64,000 nt of DNA from Eledone cirrhosa. Taxonomy: Eukaryota. Positions 38,630 through 58,248 of this stretch are shown here, one piece after another. How positions within the stretch are numbered: position 1 is the first letter of the stretch; each line of letters starts with the position of its first letter. The position numbers and the translations under genes were made by a program. The DNA lies in contig OZ024748.1 of NCBI GenBank assembly GCA_964016885.1, positions 806,001 through 870,000 of the forward strand, given 5' to 3'. Below the pieces are notes generated by a model. The model had not been told where the DNA came from, did not search any database, and was given only the letters and a program-made list of their open reading frames with translations.

Positions 38630-41533
38630 AAATTTAAAAGCATATTACTTGATACTTTTGACAGTAAGGAAGAGCATTTAGAGTCGTACAATATAGATGA
38701 ACAGTAGGAATTCCTGAAAGCAAACCTGCTGATGGCGGCAGACGAAGTCTGTGGCTGGAGCAGAGTAACATGGTGGTGGAACAGTAAGGTGGACGAGTCA
38801 ATTAAGGCCAAAAAGCAGGCTTGAAAAGTATGGCGGGATGGGGGAAGTAGAGAAGACTATCAAGTGGCCAGGAGGGAAGCTAGGAGACAAGTGTACTTCG
38901 CAAGAAGGGAAGCAGAGGAAAGAAAGTTCAAGCATGTTCTACAACGCGAGGACCAAAAACGTGAGGTGTTCAGGATTGCTAGGCAATGTGTCAAGGAAAA
39001 CCGTGATATTGTCGGGGAGAAGTGTGTCCTTAATGATGATGGTGTACTTGCCATCACTGACGCTGATAAGAAGGTAGCTTGGAAGTGTCACTACGAAAGG
39101 CTACTAAATGAGGAGAATAAATGGGAGAAAGACAGTCTCCCCCACATCGACCCAATAGAGGGACAAGCAGTGTTAGTCGTAGGTAGTATAATAAGTAAGG
39201 CAATCAAAGATATGAAGACGGGTAAGGCGGCTGGGCCTTCGGAAATAGTTGCTGAAATGCTGAAAGCCTCTTGAACGGTGGGACACATCATGGTCACCCG
39301 GATAGTAAACCAAGTCATACAGAATGAGATTGTTCCGAAGGACTGGCGTAGCAGCATCATCATTAACTGCTACAAGGGTAAAGGAGATGCCCTAGATAGG
39401 AGTAACTATAGAGGCATTAAATTAATCGACCAGGTCATGAAGGTCACAGAAAAAGTAATCATCATCATCATCATCATCATTTTATGTCCGCTTTTCCCTG
39501 CTTGCAAGGGTGGGACGGGAACTGATTCTGGCTTGATTTCTACAGCTGGATGCCCTTCCTAACACCAACCTCATTTACAGTGAGTGCTGGGTGCTTTTTT
39601 GCCGTGGCGCCTCCACGAACACTTTGCAGTGGTATGAGAGGGACCCCAGGCCCTATCATCTCATTTTTACAGCTGAGTAAACTGGAGCAATGTGAAATAA
39701 AGTGTCTTGCTCAAGGAAACAACACATCACCTGGTCTGAGAATTGAACTCACAACCTTTCGATTGCAAGGCCAATGCTCTAACCACTAAGCCATGTGCCT
39801 CCATAATAGCGCAACTAATGAGAGAGAGAATTGATCTAGATGAAATGCAGTTCGGGTTTGTGTCAGGTAAAAGTACCACAGACGTTCTTTTCATTGTACG
39901 ACAACTACAGGAGAAGTAGCTAGCTAAAAGTAAACCTCTATACTTAGCTTTTGTCAACTTGGATAAAGCCTTCGACAGAGTCCCCCGTTCCATTATCTGG
40001 TGGGCCCTTAGAAAACTAGGTGTTGATGAATGGCTTGTGAGAGCTATACAAGCCATGTATAAAGAAACAGTCAGCAAGGTTAGAATTTACAACGAATATA
40101 GTGAAGAGTTTAGCGTAAAAGTTGGTGTTCATCAGGGCTCCGTTCTTAGCCCCCTACTATTTATTATTGCCCTTCAGGCTATAACAGTGGAGTTCAAGAC
40201 CGGCTGCCCATGGGAACTCCTATACGAAGATGATCTAACACTCATAGCTGAATCAATGGCCGAACTAGAGTAGAAATTCCAAACATGGAAGCATGGCCTA
40301 GAATCAAAAGGCCTTAAAATTAATCTGTCTAAGACTAAAGTTCTAGTTTGTAGGAAGGAAAATAGGGCACCGGTCCCATCCGGGAAATGGCCACGCTCAG
40401 TGTGTAGGAAAGGAGTAGGCAGAAACACCGTTTTATGTCCCAAATGCAAAGTATGGGTGCATAAAAGATGTAGTGGGATCACAGGTAAGCTAACTAAGAA
40501 CATAGATTTTATATGTGGCCGGTGCTCTGGTGCAATAAGTAGCAGCAAGTGCCCACAGAATACTAGCTCATTCCATTGCACAGATGGTTCTATAGAAATA
40601 GTGGACAGGTTCCGTTACCTGGGTGACAAAATCAGCAGTGGGGGAGGGTGCTCTGAAAGTACAGTAGCTAGAGTCAGAACTGGATGGAAAAAGTTCAGAG
40701 AGCTTATACCACTATTAGCCGCTAAAGGGTTCTCCCAAAAAATGAAAGGCAGGCTGTATGATGCCTGCATACGAACAGCAATGTTACATGGCAGTGAAAC
40801 CTGGGCATTGTCTGCAGAGGATATACGCAGACTGGAGAGGAACGAAGCTTGCATGCTCCGCTGGATGTGTAATAGTAATATACGTGAACGGCAAAGCATA
40901 AACGAACTAAGGGAAAAATTAGAAATAATAGGGAACAGATGTTGTTTACTCGAGAGAAGTCTACGTTGGTATGGACATGTGATGCGCATGAAAGACGACA
41001 GCTGTATAAAAAAGTGCAGGGCAATAAAAATAGACGGTAGCCACGGAGTAGGCAGACCCAGAAAAACCTGGGACGACTTGATAAATTCCGACCTCACACA
41101 CTTACACTTCTCCAAGACAATGTCACTAGACCAAGATCTTTGGTGCTACACCTAAGTACAAAGTGAAACCTACTACATCAGTAGGCACCTCTAACAAAAT
41201 ACACCCCATTCCACTACCCCCACCCCATCCACACCACCCCTTTCAATGTAAAGTTATGTTGGTACCACAACATCCAGCCCGAAACAAATGAGGTCGTGTA
41301 GGTGTCACGACAAAAAAACACAGTACACGCTGTAATGTGGCCGTGTAGGTAACACGGTAAAAACCTCCCAGTTCCACACTGTAAATGTGGTTGGTGTTAA
41401 GAAGGGCATCCAGCCGTAGAAAACCCGCCAGACAGTCCTATGCGAGCAAGACAACCACTCTTGCCTCAAGTGGGAAAACTCCCGTCGAAACCCATGCAAG
41501 CGTGGAATATGGACGTTAAACGATGATGATGAT
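38630..41533 (+). pseudogene. RTE LINE family C, truncated and decayed, interrupted by a SINE
   Basis: RT pieces 38864-39274, 39278-39457, 39805-40273 and 40400-41155, with stops and YADD changed to YEDD; PHD finger; 3' UTR; GAT tail. Confidence 0.9.
39458..39803 (-). mobile_element. tRNA-SINE with RTE-A tail inserted into RTE-C
   Basis: Reverse complement of the 8747-9128 family; the RT frame resumes after it (KV|IAQLMRE). Confidence 0.88.
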
Positions 41534-44517
41534 ATATATATATATATATGCGCTATCTTTTGAATATTTTTTCTACCTACAAAGAATTCCCCCTGATGAC
41601 TAATTTCTTCAAAAACTCTGTGTGTGTGTGTATTGAAGGTGGACTGTTGAAATTAGATCATTGATTTGTTTTTCAACTTGTTGATGTTTTGTTATCATCT
41701 ATTTGAAAAATATTTAGGGCCAACTTAGGTGATTTTAAAGACAAATGAGAAAAATATATTTAGTGTGTAGTGAATACCCAGTGTTGTATGATGTTTGGGA
41801 AATTTGTATGTAGAATATTCTATTTGTAGAGAAATAATCTCCAATGGTCTGGCACTTGATTGAACTCCATTTGGAGATTAAAGAATTGGGTTTGGGAATA
41901 TCAATAATAATGATATAAAAAAAACGCTGAGAAATTTTTTTAATTAATTGTGAATTTTCTCTGAAGAATGTTTGTACAAAACTTTTTGTTTAACGAAGGC
42001 GATGATGGTGCTAAATTTTAAGAGTTACTATTTTTATTGCCAATGTTCTTGTTATTCCCCCCCCCCCCTCAAAAAATGGCTTTTATTTTATCATTTCTCC
42101 AGACTAAATGGTGTATGAGTATGTTTTCTCTTTAAAGTGTATGTATGTATGTCTATGTGTGCACCTCTTAATGTATATGATAACATTTAGTTGGATTGAG
42201 ACAACAGGCTTTTGCAAACTATTTAATGTCAGTTTAAAAAAAAGAAAAATACTACACTGGAGTTAGGTGGGGATATAGTTCTGTTACTGATAATAAGTTG
42301 GGTTGGGATTGTTCTGGGAAAACCAGTACAACTTAGAAACACAAGCATGAAAACTATATTAAAAAATAAAACAGTTTAGATTTTTACCTTTCGGTAATAT
42401 GTTTGGTGTTAGGAAGGGCATCCAGCTGTAAAATCCCTGGCCAAATTTAGATTCCTCGTTGGAACAAGGTATGGCATGGCTAATCTGGCCAGACTTGTCT
42501 CCCGACGTGGACGACCCGGTTAAGTATAGAAAAATGGATGCTAAATGGTGATGATAATGATGATTTCATGATATTTTAAGGTTAGGACCTTTTTTTGAAA
42601 AGAAAGATGGTGTGTGGTGTTTGCAATGAGCGGCACTTTATCCTCGAAATATGATGAAATATAAGATAAAAGTGTAAACTGTTGTTTTTGTTTAGTTTTT
42701 CATCTTTTATCCTACTCAAGTTTTCAGTCTTGTATTTCTAACTTGCAATGTACCGGTATTCCCAAAACAACCATAACCACTTATCTCAAAATAATTGCTA
42801 TTTCGTGTAATTCAAAGGTTACAAATAAGGAGAATAGATAAAACAAACCTATAAAAATATAAGAGAAAGATTCTACAAAATATTAAATCTATAAAAACAG
42901 AAATCAATCTATTCAAGAACCTTTATGACAAAAGGTTGCAATAGTAATATACTTTAAAAGAGTTTGATAAAATAAGGATCTATTTAAAGACTGACTCTAA
43001 TCTTTCATTAAATGCTCTCGGGAATCATCATCATTTGATTCCAAAGGGGTTAATGTAAAGTAAGAATTGATAAAATGAAAGAAACAAAATGAGCCGATTG
43101 TCAGACCAAGGAAACTGTTTCCATTGCTGATACTATTTGCTGGTTGCAGAAGTCATGATATAAAATATTGATCTATTAAGATGACTCTAGTCTTCCATTA
43201 AATATTCTTGTGAGTCAAATAATACCATTTGACTATACAGAGGTAAACGCTTTATGCTTGTAATATTTCTGGAAAAGAAAAGAAAAGAAAAAAGAATAGA
43301 AAAGAAAAAAAGAAAATTTGAAATAAAATTCAAGCTTTGAGATGCTATATTTTTATAAAATATTAATTTTTGGCATTTGAGGAATGAAGCATGGCAAATT
43401 CCATAATAATAAATAATAATAATAATTTTATCATTGTATCGTCCTAACATTTCTCTCTCTCTCTATTTTTTAATATTTGAATTCTTTTAATTATTAATTA
43501 GTGAAGGCACATGACCTAGTGGTTAGGGTTTTGAACTCATGATAGTAAAGCCGTGGGTTTGATTCCTGGACTAGGAGGTGCATTGTGTTTTTGAGCAGGT
43601 TGCTTTATTTCACGTTGATTTTCATGATAGGACTCTAAGAAATCTCCTCTGAGAGGCAACCACGTATGAGGCCAGCTAAACCTGCATAGGTGTGTGCTGT
43701 AAATTTAATTGTTTTTCTTTTCTTTTCATTTTTTTTTCAATTAATAATTAGTGGTTAATCATTAGAAAGTTGCACATAGCAAGCCTATGTTTGACAACTT
43801 GTAAGTACACCCTAGGAAATAATAGAATTAAAGCTTAAATTACAATTGGACTAAATCTCCACTAGACTTTACTTTTATTATTATTATTATTGTTGTTATT
43901 ATTTGCTTTTGATTTCCTTTATTGATTAGAAGAACATTTGTAATTAATTTAGCATTTAGTAAAACACCCACAGATCAATATAAAACGAATTATCTCAAAA
44001 AAGAAAATAATTCTTCTTTTCTTATTCTGCATTCTTCTTATTTTCTTTTCTTCCGCTCTGATAATCAATCATTAAAGAAAAGATCAATAGTTCAATATGT
44101 ATTTTTTTAATTTTTTTTATAGATTTAATTATAGAAAGTGAGTTTGTCTTTTTATTTTTAGCTTGATTTAACTTTTATTTATTTATTTACATTTTAATTT
44201 GTAAGAGTGATTAATTGATCTGCTATATCTGTAGCATAATTTTTAATGAGACCCCCCTTCCCCAACCTCCCTATCAGTAATTTTCCTTTCTCTTAAAAAT
44301 AACCTGTCATGTATGTATATGTGTGTGTGTGTGTAAAAATGTTGTCATAAGGAAGGACATCTAGTCATAGAAACCATACAAAATGAGATCTCTCCAGCCT
44401 ATCTAGTTTCGGACTGTGACAACCTATCCAACCACTTTTTTCATTATTTGACATCACAGGAGGAAGAAAGAACGACCTCTACTTTATCAAGGGGACATTA
44501 CTGGCGGAGAAATCGAA

Positions 44518-44587
44518 TGAGTTAAATTTTGAAATTAAATGACGTGATAGATCTCTATCACGTCATTTAATTTCAAAATTTAACTCA
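44518..44587. repeat. 70-bp palindrome (34-bp perfect arms, 2-nt spacer)
   Basis: tgagttaaattttgaaattaaatgacgtgataga-tc-tctatcacgtcatttaatttcaaaatttaactca. Confidence 0.95.
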
Positions 44588-44951
44588 CTGGGGTCGATTT
44601 GATCGACTTTCCTCTCCTATAAAAAATTATTGGTCTTGTGCCTCTAAATCAGTCAATCATTATAATTATTTTTTTTATTACTATTCTATTTCAAAGGAAG
44701 ACAAAAAAATATTTTTGAAGATTTTAAAGTAATTTTTATGGTTAATTTTTTAAATAGTGTCATTTGTTTTTATTATTTCTTTTTTGTTTCATATGAATTT
44801 GAAGTGATCTTGGTAATTTGGTTTAATTTTTTAAAAATCTTTATGGAGCTTGCTTAAATTTAGTCAAATTCCATGTGCTAATTCATTGTTTTGTTGTCAT
44901 ATAAAAAAAAAAAAAAAGAACCTGGCATGGTTGTAAATATATCTTTCTAGT

Positions 44952-44996
<45 letters not shown>

Positions 44997-45591
44997 CTGT
45001 TATTTGTTCTGGCTACAAAGTTTCATTTTGTTAGAATTTACCTGAATTGCATGACACCAATACTAATGTTGTTATAATATTTTAAAAAAAGCTTGTATAT
45101 ATATATATATATATATCCATCATTTGCACAGTTATTATTATCAACCCGAATATATTTATTTTCAATCCAACTTCGTTAGGCAGTTTAGATTTGTTGTATG
45201 AAGATTTATATAAATATGAATAAAAAATGTGTAGTTGCTGTATGATGTAATTGTTGTATACATTTTATACATCTTTGTGATATGTGTTCTTAAAGTACTC
45301 ACACACACACACAGATATATATATATGCATATATATATATATGTGCGTGTGTATATACGTGTATATGTATATGTGTGTATGTATATATATATATATATAT
45401 ATGTATATGTCTAAAGGTGGGACATGGGGCAAGGGAGACACAGCAAGACCTGGTTGAGGTTGTGGAGGAAGCCATGTGCTTGGCCTGGGAGCAGGCCCTT
45501 GGCAGGGCTTGCAACCTTTCAGAAGAGAGATTTTGTCATTCGATGATGCATCATAGGGAGCAAAAGCAATTATAGAATATATATATATATA

Positions 45592-45762
45592 TATTATATT
45601 ACTTAAATATTGATTATATATATCACCTTGATCACCTTGACGGACCAGTCTGTTGGGCGCCAATCGGCGCCGCTGGTCACAGCACGTTGTGCTGTTTTAG
45701 CCATAAGATAATGCCATCCCACTGGCTGGGCGGGCAGGCTGGTACTCATTTCTACAGATGAG

Positions 45763-45765
<3 letters not shown>
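45592..45765 (-). mobile_element. 5'-truncated SINE-like 3' end with caaggtgat tail; inverted twin at 59368-59533
   Basis: ttactcatctgtagaaatgagtacc start resembles the SINE body; the ORF track shows the same peptides on opposite strands. Confidence 0.65.
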
Positions 45766-45822
<57 letters not shown>

Positions 45823-45928
45823 GTATATATATATATATATGTATATATATGTATATATATGTATATATATATATATATGTATATATATGTATATATATAT
45901 ATATATGTATATATATGTATATATATAT

Positions 45929-45960
<32 letters not shown>

Positions 45961-45989
45961 GTATATATGTATATATATATATATATATA

Positions 45990-46543
45990 TGGTCGGGTCG
46001 TTGGCGACTAAACTGGCAACCCCACCAAGTTTTCTTGGTGAGGAGGGTGACTTTGGACATCCTGCAGGACTAAAAACAAAACCTGTCAAAGGGCAAAGGA
46101 GCTCTTGAGAGTCAATGGCCATCCAAAATCACCGGGAGAGATGACCCCTTAGCCTTTGTCAAGGCAGAATTCTAGGAGAAGGAAAACTCTGATATAACAC
46201 CTGCAACCCTGATGGTATCCAATGATGTTGACTTGTTCTTCTTTTTGGTAAATATCATCTTGGTTAAGAGAGTGGGACTGGCTTTGTGCAGTGCCTTTGC
46301 TCACTATAAAAGCTTCACGGCACAGGCATTGCTTTATATCTGGAGATCTCTCTGCACTTGTCGTCACATGGTACCATGGGCCCAGCACTGTGTGTCAATC
46401 ATTGTCACAAGTGTAGTGTTTGTACTAGAGTTTTCAAGTCGCTGGCTGGACTGAAAAGTCACACTCGTTCAGCGCATCGGTAGGGGTTCTCCTACATGGA
46501 TATAAAGTAGTGGCCGTACTCGAAAACGAGTTGGCAGCCACCA
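45990..46543 (+). mobile_element. Short internally deleted RTE-derived element, copy 1
   Basis: RTE-like 5' motifs (taaactggcaaccc, taggagaaggaaaactctga) are fused to a terminal C2H2 finger remnant [22 protein letters not shown]. Confidence 0.65.
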
Positions 46544-50530
<3,987 letters not shown>

Positions 50531-50534
50531 ATGT

Positions 50535-51164
50535 ATATATATATATATGTTTATGTCAGGTCACCAGTTGGTGCTACTGGTAACATGTATTCCAGTACAA
50601 CCTGTCCCATGGTCGGGTCGTTGGCGACTAAACTGGCAACCCCACCAAGGTTTCTTGGTGAGGAGGGTGACTTTGGACATCCTGCAGGACTAAAAACAAA
50701 ACCTGTCAAAAGGCAAAGGAGCTCTTAAGAGTCAATGGCCATCCAAAATCACCGGGAGAGATGACCCCTTAGCCTTTGTCAAGGCGGAATTCTAGGAGAA
50801 GGAAAACTCTGATATAACACCTGCAACCCTGATGGTATCCAATGATGTTGACTTGTTCTTCTTTTTGGTAAATATCATCTTGGTTAAGGAGAGTGGGACT
50901 GGCATTGTGCAGTGCCTTTGCTCACTATAAAAGCTTCACGGCACAGGCATTGCTTTGTATCTGGAGATCTCTCTGCATTTGTCGTCACATGGTACCATGG
51001 GCCCAGCACTATGTGTCAATAATTGTCACAAGTGTAGGTGTTTGTACCAGAGCTTTCAAGTCGCTGGCTGGACTAAAAAGTCACACTCGTTCAGCGCATC
51101 AGTAGGGGTTCTCCTACATGGATATAAAGTAGTGGCCGTACTCGAAAACGAGTTGGCAGCCACC
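50535..51164 (+). mobile_element. Short internally deleted RTE-derived element, copy 2 (longer 5' end)
   Basis: Near-identical to 45990-46543 with ~70 extra nt at the 5' end. Confidence 0.65.
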
Positions 51165-51255
51165 ATATATATATGTATGTATATATATGTATATATATAT
51201 ATGTATGTATATATATGTATATGTATATATATATGTATGTATATATATGTATTAT

Positions 51256-51326
<71 letters not shown>

Positions 51327-51381
51327 TGTATGTATGTATATATATATGTATGTATATATATATGTATGTATATGTATATGT

Positions 51382-51422
<41 letters not shown>

Positions 51423-51495
51423 TGTATGTATGTATATATATATGTATGTATATGTATATATATATATGTATGTATATATATATGTATGTATATGT

Positions 51496-51533
<38 letters not shown>

Positions 51534-51895
51534 GTATGTATGTATGTATATATATATATATATATATGTGTATATATATGTATATATATGTATATATGTA
51601 TGTATGTATATATATATATGTATATGTATATATGATGTATATATATGTATATGTATATATGTATGTATATATATATATATGTATTTGTATGTATGTATAT
51701 ATATATATATGTATATGTATATATGTATGTATATATATATATGTATAGGTATATATGTATGTATATATATATATGTATATATATATATGTATGTATATAT
51801 ATATTATGTATGTATATATATATATGTATATATATATATGTATGTATATATATATTATATATGTATATATATGTATGTATATATATATATGTATG

Positions 51896-51926
<31 letters not shown>

Positions 51927-52061
51927 GTATGTATATATATATATGTATGTATATATATATAGGTATGTATATATATATATATGTATGTATATATATATGT
52001 ATATATATATATATATGTATGTATATATACATATACATATATATATATATGTATATATATG

Positions 52062-52106
<45 letters not shown>

Positions 52107-52370
52107 GTATGTATATATATATATGTATGTATATATACATATAAATATATATATATATATGTATATATATATATGTATATATATATATGTATGTATATAT
52201 ATATATGAATGTATATATACATATAAATATATATATGAATGTATATATATATATATATATATATAGGTATATATATATGTATATATATATATGTATATAT
52301 ATATGTATATATACTATATGTATATATATATGTATATATATATATATATGTATATATATATGTATATATG

Positions 52371-52403
<33 letters not shown>

Positions 52404-52413
52404 GTATATATAG

Positions 52414-52503
<90 letters not shown>

Positions 52504-52519
52504 GTATATATATTATATG

Positions 52520-52577
<58 letters not shown>

Positions 52578-52594
52578 ATATGTATATATATATG

Positions 52595-52705
<111 letters not shown>

Positions 52706-52724
52706 GTATATATATACATATATG

Positions 52725-52758
<34 letters not shown>

Positions 52759-52766
52759 CATATATG

Positions 52767-52803
<37 letters not shown>

Positions 52804-52823
52804 GTATATATATATGTATGTAT

Positions 52824-52912
<89 letters not shown>

Positions 52913-52952
52913 CATATATATAATATATATATATATATGTATATATATATAA

Positions 52953-53541
<589 letters not shown>

Positions 53542-53672
53542 CTTGACTCTGTATACCGTTTATCTTTCACCGAAAGTGATTTTTCATTACATTTCTTCTT
53601 TCCATGATATCCGGAATACATTGAGTTCTTCATACGGATTGGACACTACCGTAAACTCTTGGTAGATTTATC

Positions 53673-53786
<114 letters not shown>

Positions 53787-53792
53787 CATATA

Positions 53793-53894
<102 letters not shown>

Positions 53895-53962
53895 TATATG
53901 TATATATATATATATATATATACATATATATATGTATATATATATATATATATATACATATA

Positions 53963-53994
<32 letters not shown>

Positions 53995-54039
53995 CATATA
54001 TATATGTATATATATATACATATATATACATATATATAC

Positions 54040-54115
<76 letters not shown>

Positions 54116-54134
54116 GTATGTATATATATATGTA

Positions 54135-54165
<31 letters not shown>

Positions 54166-54176
54166 GTATGTATATA

Positions 54177-54232
<56 letters not shown>

Positions 54233-54344
54233 TATATTAAAGCATATTATATATATATAAATTAAAGCCAATCGAAATTAAAGCATATTATATATATATA
54301 AATTAAAGCAAATCGAAATTGCTTTTAAATTAATCAATAAACAT

Positions 54345-54609
54345 TTGGATAAACTACGGTGTGTTTTCTCTTCGAATGCTGTCCAGCAACAACAACAACA
54401 GCAGCTACAACAGCAACAACAACAACAGCTACAACAACAACAACAACGACAACAACAGTGTGAACCACTCCTTGATTCATCAACAATGGCCGATCTACTA
54501 AATGAAACTATTGACCCCCCAGTAGCCTCTGTCTCACAGCATGAAACGCCACATCCTTTCTCTGGCCCAGCAGTCCAATCATCACCACTGCCAACATCTC
54601 CATCTCTGC

Positions 54610-54643
<34 letters not shown>

Positions 54644-55268
54644 AACATTTTTGTCTACTGCTATGTCAAGGAATTTACCTTCTAATACCAGAACAAGAAC
54701 TCTCCCTCCCACAGTCCACAAAGGTCGTCAAATCCTACCCAAACCATCATCTACACCTCTCACAACACACACACCCACATACCCACCCACTCGAAACCCC
54801 ATCATTTGCCGCTACTCTCTACGCTATAGAATATGTACGGATAGTGGCTGCAAATTCACCCATTTACCTAGGACAAAACGATCTATCCCCACAAACAGCC
54901 ACCACCATAATACATACTCTAATTTAACACCAACACAACCACCAATAACTCAAACAAGGAATCCACAAATCTGCCGTTTTTCCCTGCGAGACAGATTGTG
55001 TTTAGACCGGGATTGTCCCTTTACCCATCTCCCGGGGACCCGTCGGACAAATGAAAATAAAATTAAAAATAAAAGCAAAAACAAAAACCATAACCTTCAT
55101 AAAAATAACCACTACTACAGTCACCAACAGTCTTCTAAACAGGAAACTTCTTCCTCTTTTTTAGCCATAATGAATCTGGCAAAAGAACTGGAAAAAAACA
55201 TTCGAGCTATCACCCAGCACCACCCTCCACTATCACCCCACTGCACAAACTCCCATTGCTGCCATTAA
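54345..55268 (+). CDS. LINE ORF1-like protein with two CCCH zinc fingers (likely ATG at ~54486)
   Basis: CRYSLRYRICTDSGCKFTH and CRFSLRDRLCLDRDCPFTH (C-x8-C-x4-C-x3-H); lies directly upstream of and overlaps the APE-RT ORF. Confidence 0.75.
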
Positions 55269-57245
55269 CAAACAAACAAATTAACAACACACCAAAACAA
55301 TTAAAACCATCCACTCTCGCCTCTACATTTTTGCTTAACACCCAAGGCATCAGCCCTTCCACCAATACTCAAAAATGGAAGATCAAATTCCTGGAGGACT
55401 GGATTGATGTCCATCCAAACCACATCCCTTTCTTCGTCCTCACTGAAACCCATCTCAGTAACCTCCACTTGGAAGCCGAGGTGAAAGTGAAAAATTTCAA
55501 AGCCATCCGTGCTGATCGCGCTGGCAGAAGAAAGGGCGGAACTGCCATTTATGTCCATAATTCTTTCTCAACAGAGGCTATGAACATATTCACTAATGGA
55601 TACTGTGAAGCAGTCACTGTATTCAGTCAAACCAACAACCTATTAGTAGTTGGGCTCTATAGGCCACCCCAAACGCCTGTACCATGCTTCAAGGAATGCC
55701 TCAACAGCATAAAGTGTTTCATCCAAGAGTGTCACCCTGACAACATCTTAATGATGGGGGACTTCAACCTCCCCGGAGTTGACTGGTCCACAAACAGCCT
55801 GCCACCAGGTTCTTCTGCCTCAACCTCTGACAGGGAAGCTGTGGAATCGCTTCTTGACTTCATGGATGATTTCTTCCTATCCCAACTGGTGCTCGAACCA
55901 ACGAGGTGCCACAAAAACGTCCTAGACTTAATTTTCAGCAATCACACTGACAATATCCACAATATTGCAGTGGAGAAAACTCTACTCTCTGATCATGACA
56001 TGGTTCTCTGTGATCTGAGATTCCACCGTCCAATATACAAACCCAATGTCATCTCTCCTGTCCATCCGTTTGACGCTATGGATTTCCACAATGCAAACTG
56101 GGAAGCGATCAGTCATGATCTTGCACATGTCGACTGGTCCTTCACGCACACTCATACACCCACTAACATCAAAAAGTCCTGGCAGACATTTGTGGACACT
56201 GTTACAAACATATGTGCTAAACACACCCCATTAAGAACTATAAACAAATCTAAGAGCAGAATCCCTAGAAATAGAAAAACGCTCATCAGAAAAATTAAGA
56301 GAACGAACAAAAAAATCAACAAGCTGAAATACTGTCAGCAGCAACACATCAACTTGACTGCCATTTCATCACTAGAGATTAAAAAACATAACCTCCAAAA
56401 CAACATAATGTCCCTCATCAACAATCAGAGAAGAGCTGAAGAGTCCTGGGCCATTGAGAAGATCAAACTCAATCCCAAAGTGTTCTTTTCATTTGCAAAA
56501 AAACACAAAATCACTGGCTCTACTGTTGGCCCTCTAATTGATGAAAATGGCACTCTTCAAGACAATGCTAAAACCATGGGTGAGATACTGCAGAAACAAT
56601 ACTGCTCTGTTTTCAGCAATCCTGATATGGCCGATCTGGGCTGTATCGGCGATGTTACTCCCCATTACACCTTATCGGACATAACGTTAGGCGCCCCTGA
56701 TGTCTTGGCGGCAATAAAGGAAATCAAGCATAATTCAGCAGTAGGTCCCGATAGGTTCCCTGCTTGTGTCTTGAAGGCGTGTCAACACCAACTTGCATCT
56801 CCTCTTGCCAATCTGTGGCGGAACTCACTGGATGCTGGATATGTGCCAGAAAACCTTCTATCCCAGTCTGTTGTCCCAGTTTTCAAAAAGGGAAACAAAT
56901 CCCTTGCCGTGAATTACCGTCCAATCTCACTCACCTCTCATATCATTAAGGTATTTGAGCGAGTGGTGAGATCGCGAATGACCCACTTCCTTGAAAGTAA
57001 CAATATGCTGAACTCCAACCAGCATGGATTCCGTAATGGAAGGGATTGCCTGACGCAGCTACTGCATCACTTTGATGACATTTTGAGAGCCTTGGGAGAG
57101 GGTTCCAACACTGATGTTATCTACCTTGATTTCAGCAAGGCCTTTGACAGGGTTGATCATAACATTCTACTGAGAAAGCTGTCCAATATTGGTGTCACTG
57201 GAAAGCTGCTGCAGTGGATCAAGAGCTTCCTGTCAAACAGAACCC
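55256..57245 (+). CDS. CR1/L2-group LINE ORF2: APE endonuclease + RT N-half, 3'-truncated
   Basis: Endonuclease motifs LNTQG, LTETHL, RADR..R.GGG, LYRPP, MGDFN, PTR...LDLIF, SDH. RT motifs NYRPISLTS, QHGFR.GR.C..QL, YLDFSKAFDRVDH. Cut by a microsatellite after WIKSFLSNRT. Confidence 0.92.
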
Positions 57246-57307
57246 ATACATACATACATACATATATACATATATACATATACATACATACATATATATA
57301 TATACAT

Positions 57308-57820
57308 ATCATCATCATCACCGTTTTACGTCCGTTCTTCCATGCTAGCATGGGTTAGACGGGTTGTCCTGTTGTGGGCAGTGTCTGGTCGGCTGACCAT
57401 GCCTTGCTCATACAGGAACTGATCTGGCTTGATTTCTACAGCTGGATGCCCTTCCTAACACCAACCTCATTTACAGTGAGTGCTGGGTGCTTTTTCGTGG
57501 CGCCTACACGTCCACTTTGCAGTGTGGGCTGGGTGCTTTTTTGCCGTGGCACCTCCACGACCACCTTGCGGGGGGGGGGGGGGCATATTGTTTATATGCT
57601 TCAGCATGTACCCATGGGAGGTCGGGTACCCTGTATTACTGCGTGACGCCAGAAGTCACGGTTGTGTGTCATTGACTTTGAGAGCTGTAGTTGGGTAAGG
57701 TCGGCTTTTATCACCTCATCCCAAGTCATCTTGGGTCTCCCCACTCCGCGGTTTCCATCAACTTCTAGTGCTCTGCACCTTTTTATGCAGCTGTCATCCT
57801 TCATACGCATCACATGTCCA
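57308..57820 (-). mobile_element. 3' end of RTE LINE family B
   Basis: Reverse complement of 14770-15285. Confidence 0.9.
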
Positions 57821-58121
57821 TATATATATAAATAGTGTAGACATACAATACAACAGGAGGAAACAATAGCACCACTGACGCTGTTGCAGATGTGCAACGG
57901 AAGATTTATGATAAACTATATATATGTGTTTGTGTCTACATTGTATCTGTATTATTTTTGACCGTTGGTCAGTCAATGGCAACATTGAGGAGCGAGTAAG
58001 TTAGATTACCGATATAAAAGACACAGGAGAGAGAAGCGAAAACCAACCAAACAGTAAGTGTGTTCTGTTATTAATTCTGGTAATATTACACAAATATGAC
58101 CCTCCCTAAGTATATATAAAT

Positions 58122-58248
<127 letters not shown>

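Noticed and set aside
54383-54460. PolyQ host protein
   Set aside because: (CAA/CAG)n microsatellite upstream of the probable ORF1 ATG in the LINE 5' region.
57874-57905. CTGACGC-hairpin-GAAG hammerhead look-alike
   Set aside because: Two core mismatches and no stem I or stem III.
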